Shown here: piece by piece, positions 27,193 through 36,203 of the stretch
Numbering within the stretch: position 1 is the first letter of the stretch
How the letters are laid out: each line of letters begins with the position of its first letter
Assembly: GCA_964351985.1 (NCBI GenBank)
Contig: CAYGPR010000004.1
Location: 67,988 to 131,987, forward strand
Reading direction: 5' to 3'
DNA: 64,000 nt
Source: an uncultured Maribacter sp.
GTDB lineage: Bacteria > Bacteroidota > Bacteroidia > Flavobacteriales > Flavobacteriaceae
Notes under the pieces: model-generated
Databases searched by the model: none
Told to the model about the DNA's origin: nothing
The model's input: the letters and a program-made list of their open reading frames with translations, nothing else
Made by a program: the position numbers and the translations under genes

Positions 27193-28482
27193 CTACTTCA
27201 CCAATCGCCATGTTTTTCTAGGCTTTCGAGATAATAGTGCATTGGCCTCTGAATCTCCGATGAATTTTTCTTTGTTAGGGTTCCACTCCAATTTTCTTTT
27301 TAATCGGTACGAAATGAGCCCCAAATGCATGGGTAATGTCATCTCACGGGCATAAGCTAAATTTGATTCGGGTTGAGTCCGCGACTTAACGGAATCTACA
27401 AAGTTCTGTTGATGCCCCGGGGATCGTACGATACTTTTCGGTATTTCAGGAATATCGGTCACCGTTTCACCATTGATGGTGATTTCGCGGGTATTATAAT
27501 CACAGATTAGGGTGCCCTTGTCGCCTTCAAAATAGGCCCCAATACTTCTGTCTGCCGCACCCGGAACATTGGGCGGTTCGGTAGTCCAATAGAGGTTTAG
27601 CCCGTCGAACTCATAGTCGATATCGATCCACTTTGGGGTATTGGCGATACCGTCGGCTTCTTCCCCACGTGCTGAAATACTTTTTAAGCCTTTGGGTTCC
27701 AAGGCCCAAAAGGCTATATCGGCAATATGGCACCAAAAATCGGCAAAGAAGCCTCCGGAGTAATCTAAAAAATACCGGTAGGTAAAATGGCATTTTTCCG
27801 GTATATAATCGACATAGGGTGCAGGGTCGAGCCACATGTCCCAATTCAACCCCTTGGGTACGGCAACAGGTTTTGGGTTGCCCAAATCAGGCGGTGTAGC
27901 TGTTTTCCATAAACGAACCGTATGTACGGTACCTATGGATCCTGATTTAATAATTTCAACGACACGGTGGTAGTTGTCGGTGGCATGTATTTGGTTGCCC
28001 ATTTGAAAAATACGGTTGTGCTTTTCCAAATGTTTAAGCATCATCTGCCCCTCTTTGACATCATAGGAAAGTGGTTTTTCGCCGTATACATCTTTTCCGG
28101 CCTGAAAAGCCATGGATGCAATCTGTGCATGCCAATGGTCGGGTGTGGCGCAGGTAATGGCGTCAATATCTTGGCGGTCCAAAATATGTCTAAAATCACC
28201 ATATCCTTTCACCTTTTTTCCGGGTTGCAAGGTCTCCATCGTTTTTAAACTGCTAGCCAAGTGCGCTTCATCGACATCACAAAGGGCTACGACATCCACT
28301 TCGGGTAGACTGGCAAACCATTTCATATGGTTGTTGCCCATACCGCCCACACCAATATGCGCTACTTGTAGACGATCGCTTGCGGCAAACTTGCCGTATG
28401 CCGAAGGTAAAAGGGTAAGGCCCAAGAGCCCTAGGCCAGTTTGTTTTATAAATTCTCTACGTGGCTTGTCTTTTGATTGCAT
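27193..28482 (-). CDS. Gfo/Idh/MocA-family oxidoreductase with Tat signal
   Basis: MQSKDKPRREFIKQTGLGLLGLTLL twin-arginine leader. Rossmann start VAHIGVGGMGNNH. Start taken at the ATG at 28482 rather than the ORF-track 28563. Confidence 0.8.
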   Translation of the reverse strand: MQSKDKPRREFIKQTGLGLLGLTLLPSAYGKFAASDRLQVAHIGVGGMGNNHMKWFASLPEVDVVALCDVDEAHLASSLKTMETLQPGKKVKGYGDFRHILDRQDIDAITCATPDHWHAQIASMAFQAGKDVYGEKPLSYDVKEGQMMLKHLEKHNRIFQMGNQIHATDNYHRVVEIIKSGSIGTVHTVRLWKTATPPDLGNPKPVAVPKGLNWDMWLDPAPYVDYIPEKCHFTYRYFLDYSGGFFADFWCHIADIAFWALEPKGLKSISARGEEADGIANTPKWIDIDYEFDGLNLYWTTEPPNVPGAADRSIGAYFEGDKGTLICDYNTREITINGETVTDIPEIPKSIVRSPGHQQNFVDSVKSRTQPESNLAYAREMTLPMHLGLISYRLKRKLEWNPNKEKFIGDSEANALLSRKPRKTWRLVK

Positions 28483-28597
28483 GCGCCCAGTTTTTGGTTC
28501 ACTTAAATATAGGGAAACCCATATGAAAACGCTAGAATTTTGAAAATAAGAGTGCGAAATCACCTATTCATATCAAAAAACAAATAGATTGGTAAGA

Positions 28598-28945
28598 CTA
28601 ATAGTTAGAAGCAGTGCCGATTCCCATCGAGGCAAAAATAGTATCCATCAAGGCCGTTTCCTTTTCATGTACAAAACCATCGGAGATGGCCACTTCTTCT
28701 AAAATTTCTATCAAAGATAATTTCTTGGGCCTTGGCATTTCGCGAAGAATTCTTAGAACTTGTTCTCGGGAAAAGTTGCGTGCCTGTAAGATAAAGTTAC
28801 TGTCAAAATCAATGCGATGCATCAATCGGTTCAAGGCGCTGATTTCTGCTTTATGAATAGTGCCGTCTGCAAGAATAACAGAATCAACAGCACGCACAAT
28901 AGCTAGCTTTTCGACTACGTTAAAGTCTTCTGTGATTGGTGTCAT
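28598..28945 (-). CDS. TerB-like (tellurite-resistance TerB fold) small protein
   Basis: The pattern EKLAIVRAVDSVILADGTIHKAEISALNRL...LEEVAISDGFVHEKETALM is characteristic of the TerB/DUF-type co-chaperone-like fold. Confidence 0.55.
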   Translation of the reverse strand: MTPITEDFNVVEKLAIVRAVDSVILADGTIHKAEISALNRLMHRIDFDSNFILQARNFSREQVLRILREMPRPKKLSLIEILEEVAISDGFVHEKETALMDTIFASMGIGTASNY

Positions 28946-28982
28946 GATTTCTAATTGTGGGTTAGAAAGCGACGAAGTTAGA

Positions 28983-28990
28983 CAAAAATA
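28983..28990 (-). promoter_or_regulatory. -7 promoter box (TATTTTTG on minus strand)
   Basis: The plus strand reads CAAAAATA, 37 nt upstream of the ATG at 28945. Confidence 0.3.
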
Positions 28991-29089
28991 AGGTTGTACT
29001 TGATTATTGCGGTGAGCATTTATTAAGAAGTTTTTAACAGTTTTTTGATTTACCTTAAAGGTTAATGAGGGATGTTGGGTTATTGCTAA

Positions 29090-32000
29090 TCAGTTAGTGA
29101 TTGATTCGACGGACATCCGTGATTCAAATGGAGCTAGGGACTTCAAGGCTTTTTCTACAGAAGTGATTCCTTCAAAAACCAATAACAAACGCAATCCGTT
29201 CCGGGTTTGTTTCTCTTTCATTTTACACTTCTGAGGATTCGATTGTACAAACTGCAACACTTTCGTGAAAGCTGCACTTTGGTAGAACTCCGATTGCTGG
29301 TCGGCTATAAAATAGCCTATCAACTTCCCTTTTTTCATAACGACTTTCTCGAGTCCGATGCTGTTGGCAATCCATTTGATCCGGACGGAGTTCAATAAAT
29401 CTTCGGCCTGTGAGGGCAATTCACCAAAACGGTCTAACAGTTGTGCTTCGAATTTCTGTAGCCCTTCCTCATCCTTGACCTGGTTCAACTCGGTGTACAG
29501 ATTCAGGCGTTCAGTAATGTTGTTGATGTAATCATCGGGAAACTGCAATTGAAAATCGGAATCGATTTGGGTGTCTTTGACGAAAACTTTTTCTTTATGA
29601 CCTTCAACTTCTTCGTAAAGCTCTTTGAATTCGGTCTCTTTGAGTTCATCGATGGCCTCGGCCAATATTTTTTGGTAGGTTTCAAAACCGATTTCGTTGA
29701 TGAATCCGCTTTGTTCGCCGCCCAGCAAATCTCCAGCTCCGCGAATCTCCAAATCTTTCATCGCGATATTGAATCCGCTACCCAATGCGGTAAACTGCTC
29801 GAGTGCTTCAATACGCTTTCGGGCATCGGGAGTCATCACATCATACGGAGGAGTGATAAAATAACAGAACGCTTTTTTGTTGCTGCGGCCTACACGGCCC
29901 CGCATTTGATGCAGGTCGCTGAGCCCGAAATTATTGGCGTTATTAATAAAAATGGTGTTGGCATTGGTCACATCGAGTCCGCTTTCGACGATGGTGGTAG
30001 AAACGAGCACATCGAATTCCCCATTCATAAATGATAACATCAAGGTCTCTAGTTTCTTGCCTTCCATTTGACCGTGGCCGATACCGACCTTGGCATCGGG
30101 AACCAATCTCTGAATCATGCCGGCGACTTCTTTAATATTTTCTATCCGGTTGTGGATAAAAAATACTTGCCCGCCGCGTTGTATTTCATAGCTAATTGCA
30201 TCGCGAATGGTTTCTTCGGCAAACCGGATAACCCGACTTTCGATGGGGTATCGGTTCGGCGGAGGCGTATTGATCACAGAGAGGTCCCGAGCCGCCATCA
30301 AACTAAATTGTAACGTTCGTGGAATCGGTGTCGCCGTCAAGGTCAATACATCAACATTCTCTTTGATAGATTTTAATTTATCCTTTACGGAAACCCCAAA
30401 TTTCTGCTCTTCGTCAACGATGAGCAGGCCAAGGTCTTTAAATTTGACGTTTTTATTGACCAGTTGGTGAGTACCGATAATGATATCGACTTTCCCAACT
30501 TCCAACTTCTCTAAAGTTTCACGACGTTCTTTTGTGGTGCGGAAACGGTTTAAATAATCTACCGTAACGGGCATTTCCTTTAGACGTTCTGTAAAAGTTC
30601 TGTGATGCTGAAAAGCTAGAATGGTTGTCGGAACTAAAACCGCTACTTGTTTTCCATTATCGACCGCTTTGAAGGCGGCGCGAATGGCGACTTCCGTTTT
30701 TCCGAAACCTACATCGCCACAAATCAGACGGTCCATAGGTCGTTCACTCTCCATATCACGCTTGACATCTTCGGTAGATTTACTTTGGTCCGGTGTGTCC
30801 TCGTAAATAAAAGAGGCCTCCAGTTCATTTTGCAAATAACTGTCCGGTCCATATTGAAACCCCTTGTCCAAACGTCGTTTCGCATAGACTTTGATAAGGT
30901 CAAAAGCGATTTTCTTGACCCGTGTTTTGGTTTTCTGTTTGAGCTTTTTCCATGTCGCTGAGCCTAATTTGTAGATTTTCGGCACGGCACCATCTTTACC
31001 ATTGAATTTTGAAATTTTATGAAGCGAATGTATACTTACATAAAGCGTATCACGATCCCCGTACATCAATTTGATGGCTTCCTGTTTTTTTCCTTCTACA
31101 TCGATTTTTTGTAATCCCCCGAACTTGCCGATTCCATGGTCGATATGGGTCACATAATCCCCGATTTCGAGTTTGTTGAGTTCTTTGAGCGTGATGGCCT
31201 GCTTTTTTGCATAGCCATTTTTCAGGTGGAATTTATGATAGCGCTCAAAAATTTGATGGTCGGTATAGCAGACGATTTTCAGATCGTCATCGATAAACCC
31301 TTGGTACAATGGAAATATCAGGGTTTCATAATGCACGTGCTCATTGGCATCCTCAAAAATGGCATGGAACCGTTTCGCTTGTTGCTCGCTGGCACAGAAG
31401 ATATAGTTGGTATAGCCTTCAGCTTTATGTTCGTTCAGGTTGGCAATCAGTAAATCGAACTTTTTGTTGAACGAGGGTTGGGGCTTGGTCCGAAATTCAA
31501 TTTCGCGACCCTGCCCTTCGGTTACGCTCAGGGTCCTCCCTCGGTCGCTGAGCGTAACCGAAGTGACAGAGGTGGTTATCAACCCAAACTTTTCCAACTG
31601 CTTCCCAAAACTATCCGAATTCAAAAAAAGTTCCTCCGGTTCGGCATGTTTTATGTCTTTGGAAAGCCTCCCAAAAGCTTCGATGGCCTTTCCGTAGAAA
31701 TCATCCAAACGGTCAAAAAGCAAATCGGTATTCTTTGTGAAAATGATGGTTTCGAAGGAAATGTATTTCAGGAAACTCTCCCTTTTTTCTTCCAAAAGTT
31801 TATTCGCCACATTGGGAATGATGCTTATTTTCTTGATCTTTTCGGTAGATAGCTGCGTCTCCACATCGAACGTACGGATGCTTTCCACCTCATCCCCAAA
31901 AAACTCTAAACGATAGGGTTCGTCATGCGAAAAGGAAAAAACATCAACTATACCACCACGTACGGAGAACTCTCCCGGTTCGGTTACAAAATCGACTCTT

Positions 32001-32497
32001 TTAAATTGGTATTCAAAAAGCACTTCGTTCAGAAAGTCGAGTGAAAGCGAATCTTCTAATTTTATTTTGAGGGTGTTTTTTTCAAGTTCCCTGCGGGTAA
32101 CCACCTTTTCAAAGAGCGCATCGGGATAGGTTACGATGACCGCAGGTCTTTTTCTGGAATTGATGCGATTTAAAACTTCCGCACGTAATAGAACGTTCGC
32201 ATTGTCGGTTTCTTCAATTTGATATGGTCGACGATAACTACCGGGATAAAACAGCACATCTTTTTCGCCGATGAGTTGCTCAAGATCATTGAGGTAATAG
32301 GCTGCTTCTTCTTTGTCGTTAAAAATCAGGAGAAATGGTTTGTCGGCCTCTTTGAATACATACGAAAGTACAAAGGATAAAGAGGAGCCTGTTAAACCTT
32401 TTATAGCAATACTTTTTTCGGGATGGGCAAGGGCCTCCTGCAGTTTCCTTGTTTTTGGAGACTGTGAAAACACTTCCTGAATGCTGACCTTCGACAA
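29090..32497 (-). CDS. mfd: Transcription-repair coupling factor
   Basis: About 1135 aa. Has the UvrB-homology N-terminus, CarD/RID-like region, superfamily-2 motor (GDVGFGKTEVA, IVDEEQKFG) and TRG motif region. The start appears to be TTG at 32497: an in-frame TAG lies 6 nt upstream, and no ATG occurs before conserved sequence. Confidence 0.95.
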   Translation of the reverse strand: MSKVSIQEVFSQSPKTRKLQEALAHPEKSIAIKGLTGSSLSFVLSYVFKEADKPFLLIFNDKEEAAYYLNDLEQLIGEKDVLFYPGSYRRPYQIEETDNANVLLRAEVLNRINSRKRPAVIVTYPDALFEKVVTRRELEKNTLKIKLEDSLSLDFLNEVLFEYQFKRVDFVTEPGEFSVRGGIVDVFSFSHDEPYRLEFFGDEVESIRTFDVETQLSTEKIKKISIIPNVANKLLEEKRESFLKYISFETIIFTKNTDLLFDRLDDFYGKAIEAFGRLSKDIKHAEPEELFLNSDSFGKQLEKFGLITTSVTSVTLSDRGRTLSVTEGQGREIEFRTKPQPSFNKKFDLLIANLNEHKAEGYTNYIFCASEQQAKRFHAIFEDANEHVHYETLIFPLYQGFIDDDLKIVCYTDHQIFERYHKFHLKNGYAKKQAITLKELNKLEIGDYVTHIDHGIGKFGGLQKIDVEGKKQEAIKLMYGDRDTLYVSIHSLHKISKFNGKDGAVPKIYKLGSATWKKLKQKTKTRVKKIAFDLIKVYAKRRLDKGFQYGPDSYLQNELEASFIYEDTPDQSKSTEDVKRDMESERPMDRLICGDVGFGKTEVAIRAAFKAVDNGKQVAVLVPTTILAFQHHRTFTERLKEMPVTVDYLNRFRTTKERRETLEKLEVGKVDIIIGTHQLVNKNVKFKDLGLLIVDEEQKFGVSVKDKLKSIKENVDVLTLTATPIPRTLQFSLMAARDLSVINTPPPNRYPIESRVIRFAEETIRDAISYEIQRGGQVFFIHNRIENIKEVAGMIQRLVPDAKVGIGHGQMEGKKLETLMLSFMNGEFDVLVSTTIVESGLDVTNANTIFINNANNFGLSDLHQMRGRVGRSNKKAFCYFITPPYDVMTPDARKRIEALEQFTALGSGFNIAMKDLEIRGAGDLLGGEQSGFINEIGFETYQKILAEAIDELKETEFKELYEEVEGHKEKVFVKDTQIDSDFQLQFPDDYINNITERLNLYTELNQVKDEEGLQKFEAQLLDRFGELPSQAEDLLNSVRIKWIANSIGLEKVVMKKGKLIGYFIADQQSEFYQSAAFTKVLQFVQSNPQKCKMKEKQTRNGLRLLLVFEGITSVEKALKSLAPFESRMSVESITN
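31515..31562. repeat. Perfect 16-bp inverted repeat with 16-nt spacer, in frame inside mfd
   Basis: CTTCGGTTACGCTCAG (31515-31530) and CTGAGCGTAACCGAAG (31547-31562) are exact reverse complements. Total 48 nt = 16 codons, encoding (T)SVTLSDRGRTLSVTEG. Confidence 0.85.
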
Positions 32498-32518
32498 AAA
32501 ACACTAAAATTTGAGATG

Positions 32519-32526
32519 CAAAGATA
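32519..32526 (-). promoter_or_regulatory. -7 promoter box (TATCTTTG on minus strand) for mfd
   Basis: The plus strand reads CAAAGATA, 21 nt upstream of the TTG start at 32497. Confidence 0.4.
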
Positions 32527-32550
32527 ACCCCTACGGCCGCATCGCGCCAA

Positions 32551-32587
32551 GCGATTGCTGAGAAAAGCCTTGGCTTCTAGCAATTCA
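32551..32587 (-). repeat. Degenerate family A element overlapping the stop codon of the upstream membrane-protein gene
   Basis: The reverse complement reads TGAATTGCTAG-aagccaaggcttttctca-GCAATCGC (compare GTCATTGCGAG...GCAATCTG). Internal imperfect hairpin. The TGA stop of the 32585-33370 gene is the first 3 nt of the element. Confidence 0.45.
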
Positions 32588-33370
32588 TTGGCTAAAGGGG
32601 AAAAACGGATTGCTCTTCCGATTCTTAAATCCGTGCCAGGCGGCAATTGCAAAAATAACGATGCTTGCCCCCAGGGCCGTATAAGCGATGCTTTCGAGGG
32701 AATCTTTATGACGTATAAAAATAGCGCTCAACGCCCAAATACCGACTGCTGCAAATTCGCGCATGTTCCTATTGAAAATCATAAAAATGTTGAGTGCGGC
32801 CGCGATAATTATCATTACAATCGTCCAACTTATTTCGGAAAGAAAACCGCCCTCCCAACCTAATTTTGACAAATAGGCCGAAATATTGGCAATGGTGGCC
32901 ACTGCGATCCATCCGCTGTAAATGCAAATGGGCCACCAAACAAAAGCGATGATGGTCTTTGGGGCGTGCCAGCGTTCCATATTCGTATTCAAGATGACCT
33001 TGATGAGCGAGAAAAGAATGCCCAACATGATCAAAACGGATAGTCCCGTATAATCAAAAGTGAAAGCGAATACCCAGGCACAATTAAGCACGTTCGCGCT
33101 AATGAACCAATAGCCCGTCTGTTCGATGAACTCACTTTTTTCAGTAGTGAAATAGGCCCGACGTACCTGAAAAATTCCATAAGCGAGCAGAGCCAAAAAT
33201 ATGAGTCCCCAAATGGCAAAGGCATAACCAGCAGGAGTAAATAAATTGTAGTATTTATTGCTGATTTCGCCAATCGTGGTCTCATTGATGCGAATCGCTT
33301 GAGATGCATAGTTGACGGCAATCACCAAAATCACGGAAAGGAGATTTAAAAGGGGCAGCGTTTTTTTCAT
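32585..33370 (-). CDS. Integral membrane protein, TspO/MBR-related (tryptophan-rich sensory protein-like)
   Basis: About 7 TM segments. N-terminal pattern NYASQAI...FTPAGYAFAIWGLIF resembles extended TspO-like proteins of Bacteroidetes. Assignment is from memory only. Confidence 0.45.
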   Translation of the reverse strand: MKKTLPLLNLLSVILVIAVNYASQAIRINETTIGEISNKYYNLFTPAGYAFAIWGLIFLALLAYGIFQVRRAYFTTEKSEFIEQTGYWFISANVLNCAWVFAFTFDYTGLSVLIMLGILFSLIKVILNTNMERWHAPKTIIAFVWWPICIYSGWIAVATIANISAYLSKLGWEGGFLSEISWTIVMIIIAAALNIFMIFNRNMREFAAVGIWALSAIFIRHKDSLESIAYTALGASIVIFAIAAWHGFKNRKSNPFFPFSQ

Positions 33371-33430
33371 AGCAATTAAAAATAAGCATTTTGCAGGTTT
33401 AACGGCATGCTCTAAAGAATTTAAACCGAG

Positions 33431-34105
33431 CTATTTTGAATAGCGCCTTTTTTTCTTGACTTCTCTCAGGTTTACGGGTAATACGGTATCGCCCAATAAC
33501 GCAAAAACTTCACAGTTCTTTTTGAGTTCCATTGTGAAAGAACCTGTGAATTCGCCGAAAGCCGGTAATAGCATTTGTGTTTCCAATTTAAAAAAGCACT
33601 TTAACCGAACGGATTGTCGGCCCAATCCTGTTAAACGGATGGCGGGATGAATATGGCCGCAGAAGTTGAAAAAACCTTCCCGTTCTTCCGGATGGTGTGT
33701 CAACAGAAAACCGTTGGATTGAATCTCTGAAACAACTTCAATGCCCAAATCCTCATATTTTATGGGAGAAATGATATCGTGATTTCCGACCACCAAAATC
33801 ATTTTTGAACTGATTGTGGCAGTCCATTTTTCAAAAAGTTGCCATTCTTTATTTAAGGAGGAATGAAATAGATCACCCATAAAAACAACAACTTTCGGTT
33901 GGAAAAATGCGATGACTTCATCCATTAATTCAAAGTTCTTTTCTACTGCCTTTTGTGGTACGGCAGCTCCGAATTTCCGAAAGTGCGAGACCTTTCCCAA
34001 ATGCACATCACTGATTAGTAACATTGATTTTTTCTCCCAAAAAAGCACTCCGAGCGGGTGCATAATGAAGGTGTGATTTTCTATTTGGATGGATTGGGTG
34101 TTCAT
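33431..34105 (-). CDS. pdeM: Ligase-associated DNA-damage-response metallophosphoesterase (PdeM-like)
   Basis: Calcineurin-like motifs LISDVHLGK, GDLFH and GNHD...H. About 224 aa. I prefer the ATG at 34105; the ORF-track TTG is at 34114. The other ligase-associated genes are nearby. Confidence 0.7.
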   Translation of the reverse strand: MNTQSIQIENHTFIMHPLGVLFWEKKSMLLISDVHLGKVSHFRKFGAAVPQKAVEKNFELMDEVIAFFQPKVVVFMGDLFHSSLNKEWQLFEKWTATISSKMILVVGNHDIISPIKYEDLGIEVVSEIQSNGFLLTHHPEEREGFFNFCGHIHPAIRLTGLGRQSVRLKCFFKLETQMLLPAFGEFTGSFTMELKKNCEVFALLGDTVLPVNLREVKKKRRYSK

Positions 34106-34185
34106 GGAATTCAAAGGTACTAAATGACCGTTTGTTTTTATAGTGCCGAATCGCTACTTTGTAGCAACAATTCCAACCAGAAAAA

Positions 34186-35094
34186 ATGCCTAGAATTATT
34201 GTTGTCGGAAGTTCCAATACCGACATGGTTGTAAAGACCCAGCGGTTTCCCGAGCCTGGAGAAACTATATTAGGAGGAGATTTTTTTATGTTCCCAGGTG
34301 GAAAAGGTGCGAATCAGGCAGTCGCAGCTGCTCGTGCAGGTGGAGAAGTGACCTTTATTTGCGCCGTAGGTGACGATGTTTTCGGACAAAATGCTTTGGA
34401 AGGTTATCGTGAAGAGGGCATTAACGTTGATTTTGCAAAGACCTTTAAAGATGCGGCATCAGGGGTAGCTTTGATTACGGTCAATGGGGAAGGAGAGAAC
34501 GAAATCGTCGTGGCCTCCGGAACTAATGCTAAACTCTCGCCCATCTATGTTTCAGAGGTAATGGAGGAAATGGATAACGATGGAATATTTCTGACCCAAT
34601 TGGAAACTCCCGTTGAGACCATCGAATATTTAGCGCGTTACAGTAAATTGACCGATCAGCCGTTGATCATCAATCCGGCACCTGCCCAAGAACTATCGGA
34701 TGCTATTTTGGACGGACTTTTTCTTATCACACCCAATGAAACAGAGGCGAAAATACTGACCGGAATTTCGGTTGAAGACGACCCGTCAATGGAAGTCGCA
34801 GCCCAAGAACTATTGGATAGTGGAGTACAGCATGTTATTATCACTTTGGGAAGTCGTGGCGCTTTTTTTATGAACCGCGAGGAAAAATTCTTAGTTCCGT
34901 CTCATCAGGTAAAACCCATTGATACGACTGCGGCAGGAGATGTTTTTAATGGAGTTTTGACCGTTTGTCTGTCCCATGATTTGGGCTGGCGCGAAAGTAT
35001 TGCCTACGCCAATAAGGCGGCAGCATTGTCCGTCACAAAAATGGGAGCGCAAGGTTCGGCACCTTATAAAGAGGAAATCAACAAATTCAACTAA
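34186..35094 (+). CDS. rbsK: Ribokinase
   Basis: PfkB motifs GGKGANQAVAAARAG and DTTAAGDVFNG. Confidence 0.9.
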   Translation: MPRIIVVGSSNTDMVVKTQRFPEPGETILGGDFFMFPGGKGANQAVAAARAGGEVTFICAVGDDVFGQNALEGYREEGINVDFAKTFKDAASGVALITVNGEGENEIVVASGTNAKLSPIYVSEVMEEMDNDGIFLTQLETPVETIEYLARYSKLTDQPLIINPAPAQELSDAILDGLFLITPNETEAKILTGISVEDDPSMEVAAQELLDSGVQHVIITLGSRGAFFMNREEKFLVPSHQVKPIDTTAAGDVFNGVLTVCLSHDLGWRESIAYANKAAALSVTKMGAQGSAPYKEEINKFN

Positions 35095-35095
35095 T

Positions 35096-36091
35096 ATGTT
35101 CATTATAGAAACGTATACCCTGGCGGTAATTTTTTGCCTAATTACCATGTTGGCCTGGGGTTCTTGGGCAAACACCCAAAAACTGGCTGCTAAAGAATGG
35201 CGCTTCGAACTATTTTATTGGGACTATGTCCTCGGAATCGTAGTGTTCTCCTTATTATTCGCGTTGACCGCTGGAAGTATGGGCGAGAGCGGAAGACCTT
35301 TTTTGGAAGACCTTTCGCAAGCAAGTAATGATAATATTTGGTCCGCAGTTCTTGGGGGAATTCTATTTAATGCGGCGAACATCCTTTTGGTGGCGGCCAT
35401 AACCTTGGCGGGAATGTCCGTGGCTTTTCCGGTGGGAATCGGATTGGCATTGGTCATCGGGGTCATTGTGAATTATATCGATGCCCCGGTGGGGAATTCT
35501 ACATTGCTTTTCGGCGGAGTAGCCTTGATTGTATTAGCGATATTATTGAATGCGAACGCTTATCGTAAACTTTCCGCACAGCAGAAAAAAGTACCGACAA
35601 AAGGATTGGTCTTGGCAGTTGTCGCCGGACTTCTCATGGGATTATTCTACAAATATGTCGCTAACTCGATGTTTCCAGATTTTACGAATCCGATTGCGGG
35701 GAAATTGAGTCCGTATACGGCGGTTTTCTTATTCGCTTTGGGAATCTTGGCCAGTAATTTTGTTTTCAACACGGTTTTGATGCGAAAGCCTTTTGAAGGT
35801 GCCCCCGTCAGTTTTAAGGATTATTTTTCGGGAAGTTCAAAGAGTCACTTAATGGGTGTAATCGGAGGAGTCATTTGGTGTATCGGAATGTCGTTCAGCA
35901 TTCTTGCTTCGGACAAAGCTGGCCCAGCAATTTCTTATGGACTAGGCCAAGGTGCAACGGTCGTAGCGGCACTTTGGGGTATAGTCGTTTGGAAGGAATT
36001 CAAAGGTGCACCCAAAGGGGTAGGAGGTATGTTGAATGCGATGTTACTGCTTTACATCATCGGATTGGGGTTGATTATTGCCGCGCGTTAG
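35096..36091 (+). CDS. GRP-family (glucose/ribose uptake) sugar transporter
   Basis: ATG at 35096, 1 nt after the rbsK stop. 10 TM segments. The N-terminus ITMLAWGSWANTQK resembles GRP/DMT-type sugar permeases. Confidence 0.6.
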   Translation: MFIIETYTLAVIFCLITMLAWGSWANTQKLAAKEWRFELFYWDYVLGIVVFSLLFALTAGSMGESGRPFLEDLSQASNDNIWSAVLGGILFNAANILLVAAITLAGMSVAFPVGIGLALVIGVIVNYIDAPVGNSTLLFGGVALIVLAILLNANAYRKLSAQQKKVPTKGLVLAVVAGLLMGLFYKYVANSMFPDFTNPIAGKLSPYTAVFLFALGILASNFVFNTVLMRKPFEGAPVSFKDYFSGSSKSHLMGVIGGVIWCIGMSFSILASDKAGPAISYGLGQGATVVAALWGIVVWKEFKGAPKGVGGMLNAMLLLYIIGLGLIIAAR

Positions 36092-36096
36092 CAAAC

Positions 36097-36201
36097 ATCA
36101 TTGCGAGGAGCGACCTTGAAAAGGTAGCGACGAAGTAATCTGTTACTTTGGAACACCAAAAAGACGGATTGCTTCGTCGCAAAAAGGCTCCTCACAATGA
36201 T
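36097..36201. repeat. Inverted pair of family A elements forming a ~105-nt imperfect palindrome between convergent genes
   Basis: Left arm: ATCATTGCGAGGAGC...GCGACGAAGTAATCTGT (36097-36143). Right arm 36164-36201 has the reverse complement ATCATTGTGAGGAGC...GCGACGAAGCAATCCGT. It probably also acts as a bidirectional transcript-end structure. Confidence 0.8.
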
Positions 36202-36203
36202 CT

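Noticed and set aside
28946-29089. AGCGACGAAGTTAGAC (about 28961-28976) resembles the GCGACGAAGTAATC part of family A
   Set aside because: Only a 10-mer is shared and neither terminal motif is present. It may be a decayed fragment but cannot be supported.
34112-34119. TAnnTTTG-type boxes next to the pdeM start (34112-34119) and the TPR gene start (59132-59139)
   Set aside because: They lie only 4-6 nt from the preferred start codons, too close to serve as -7 elements for those starts unless the mRNAs are leaderless. They are not listed as promoters.
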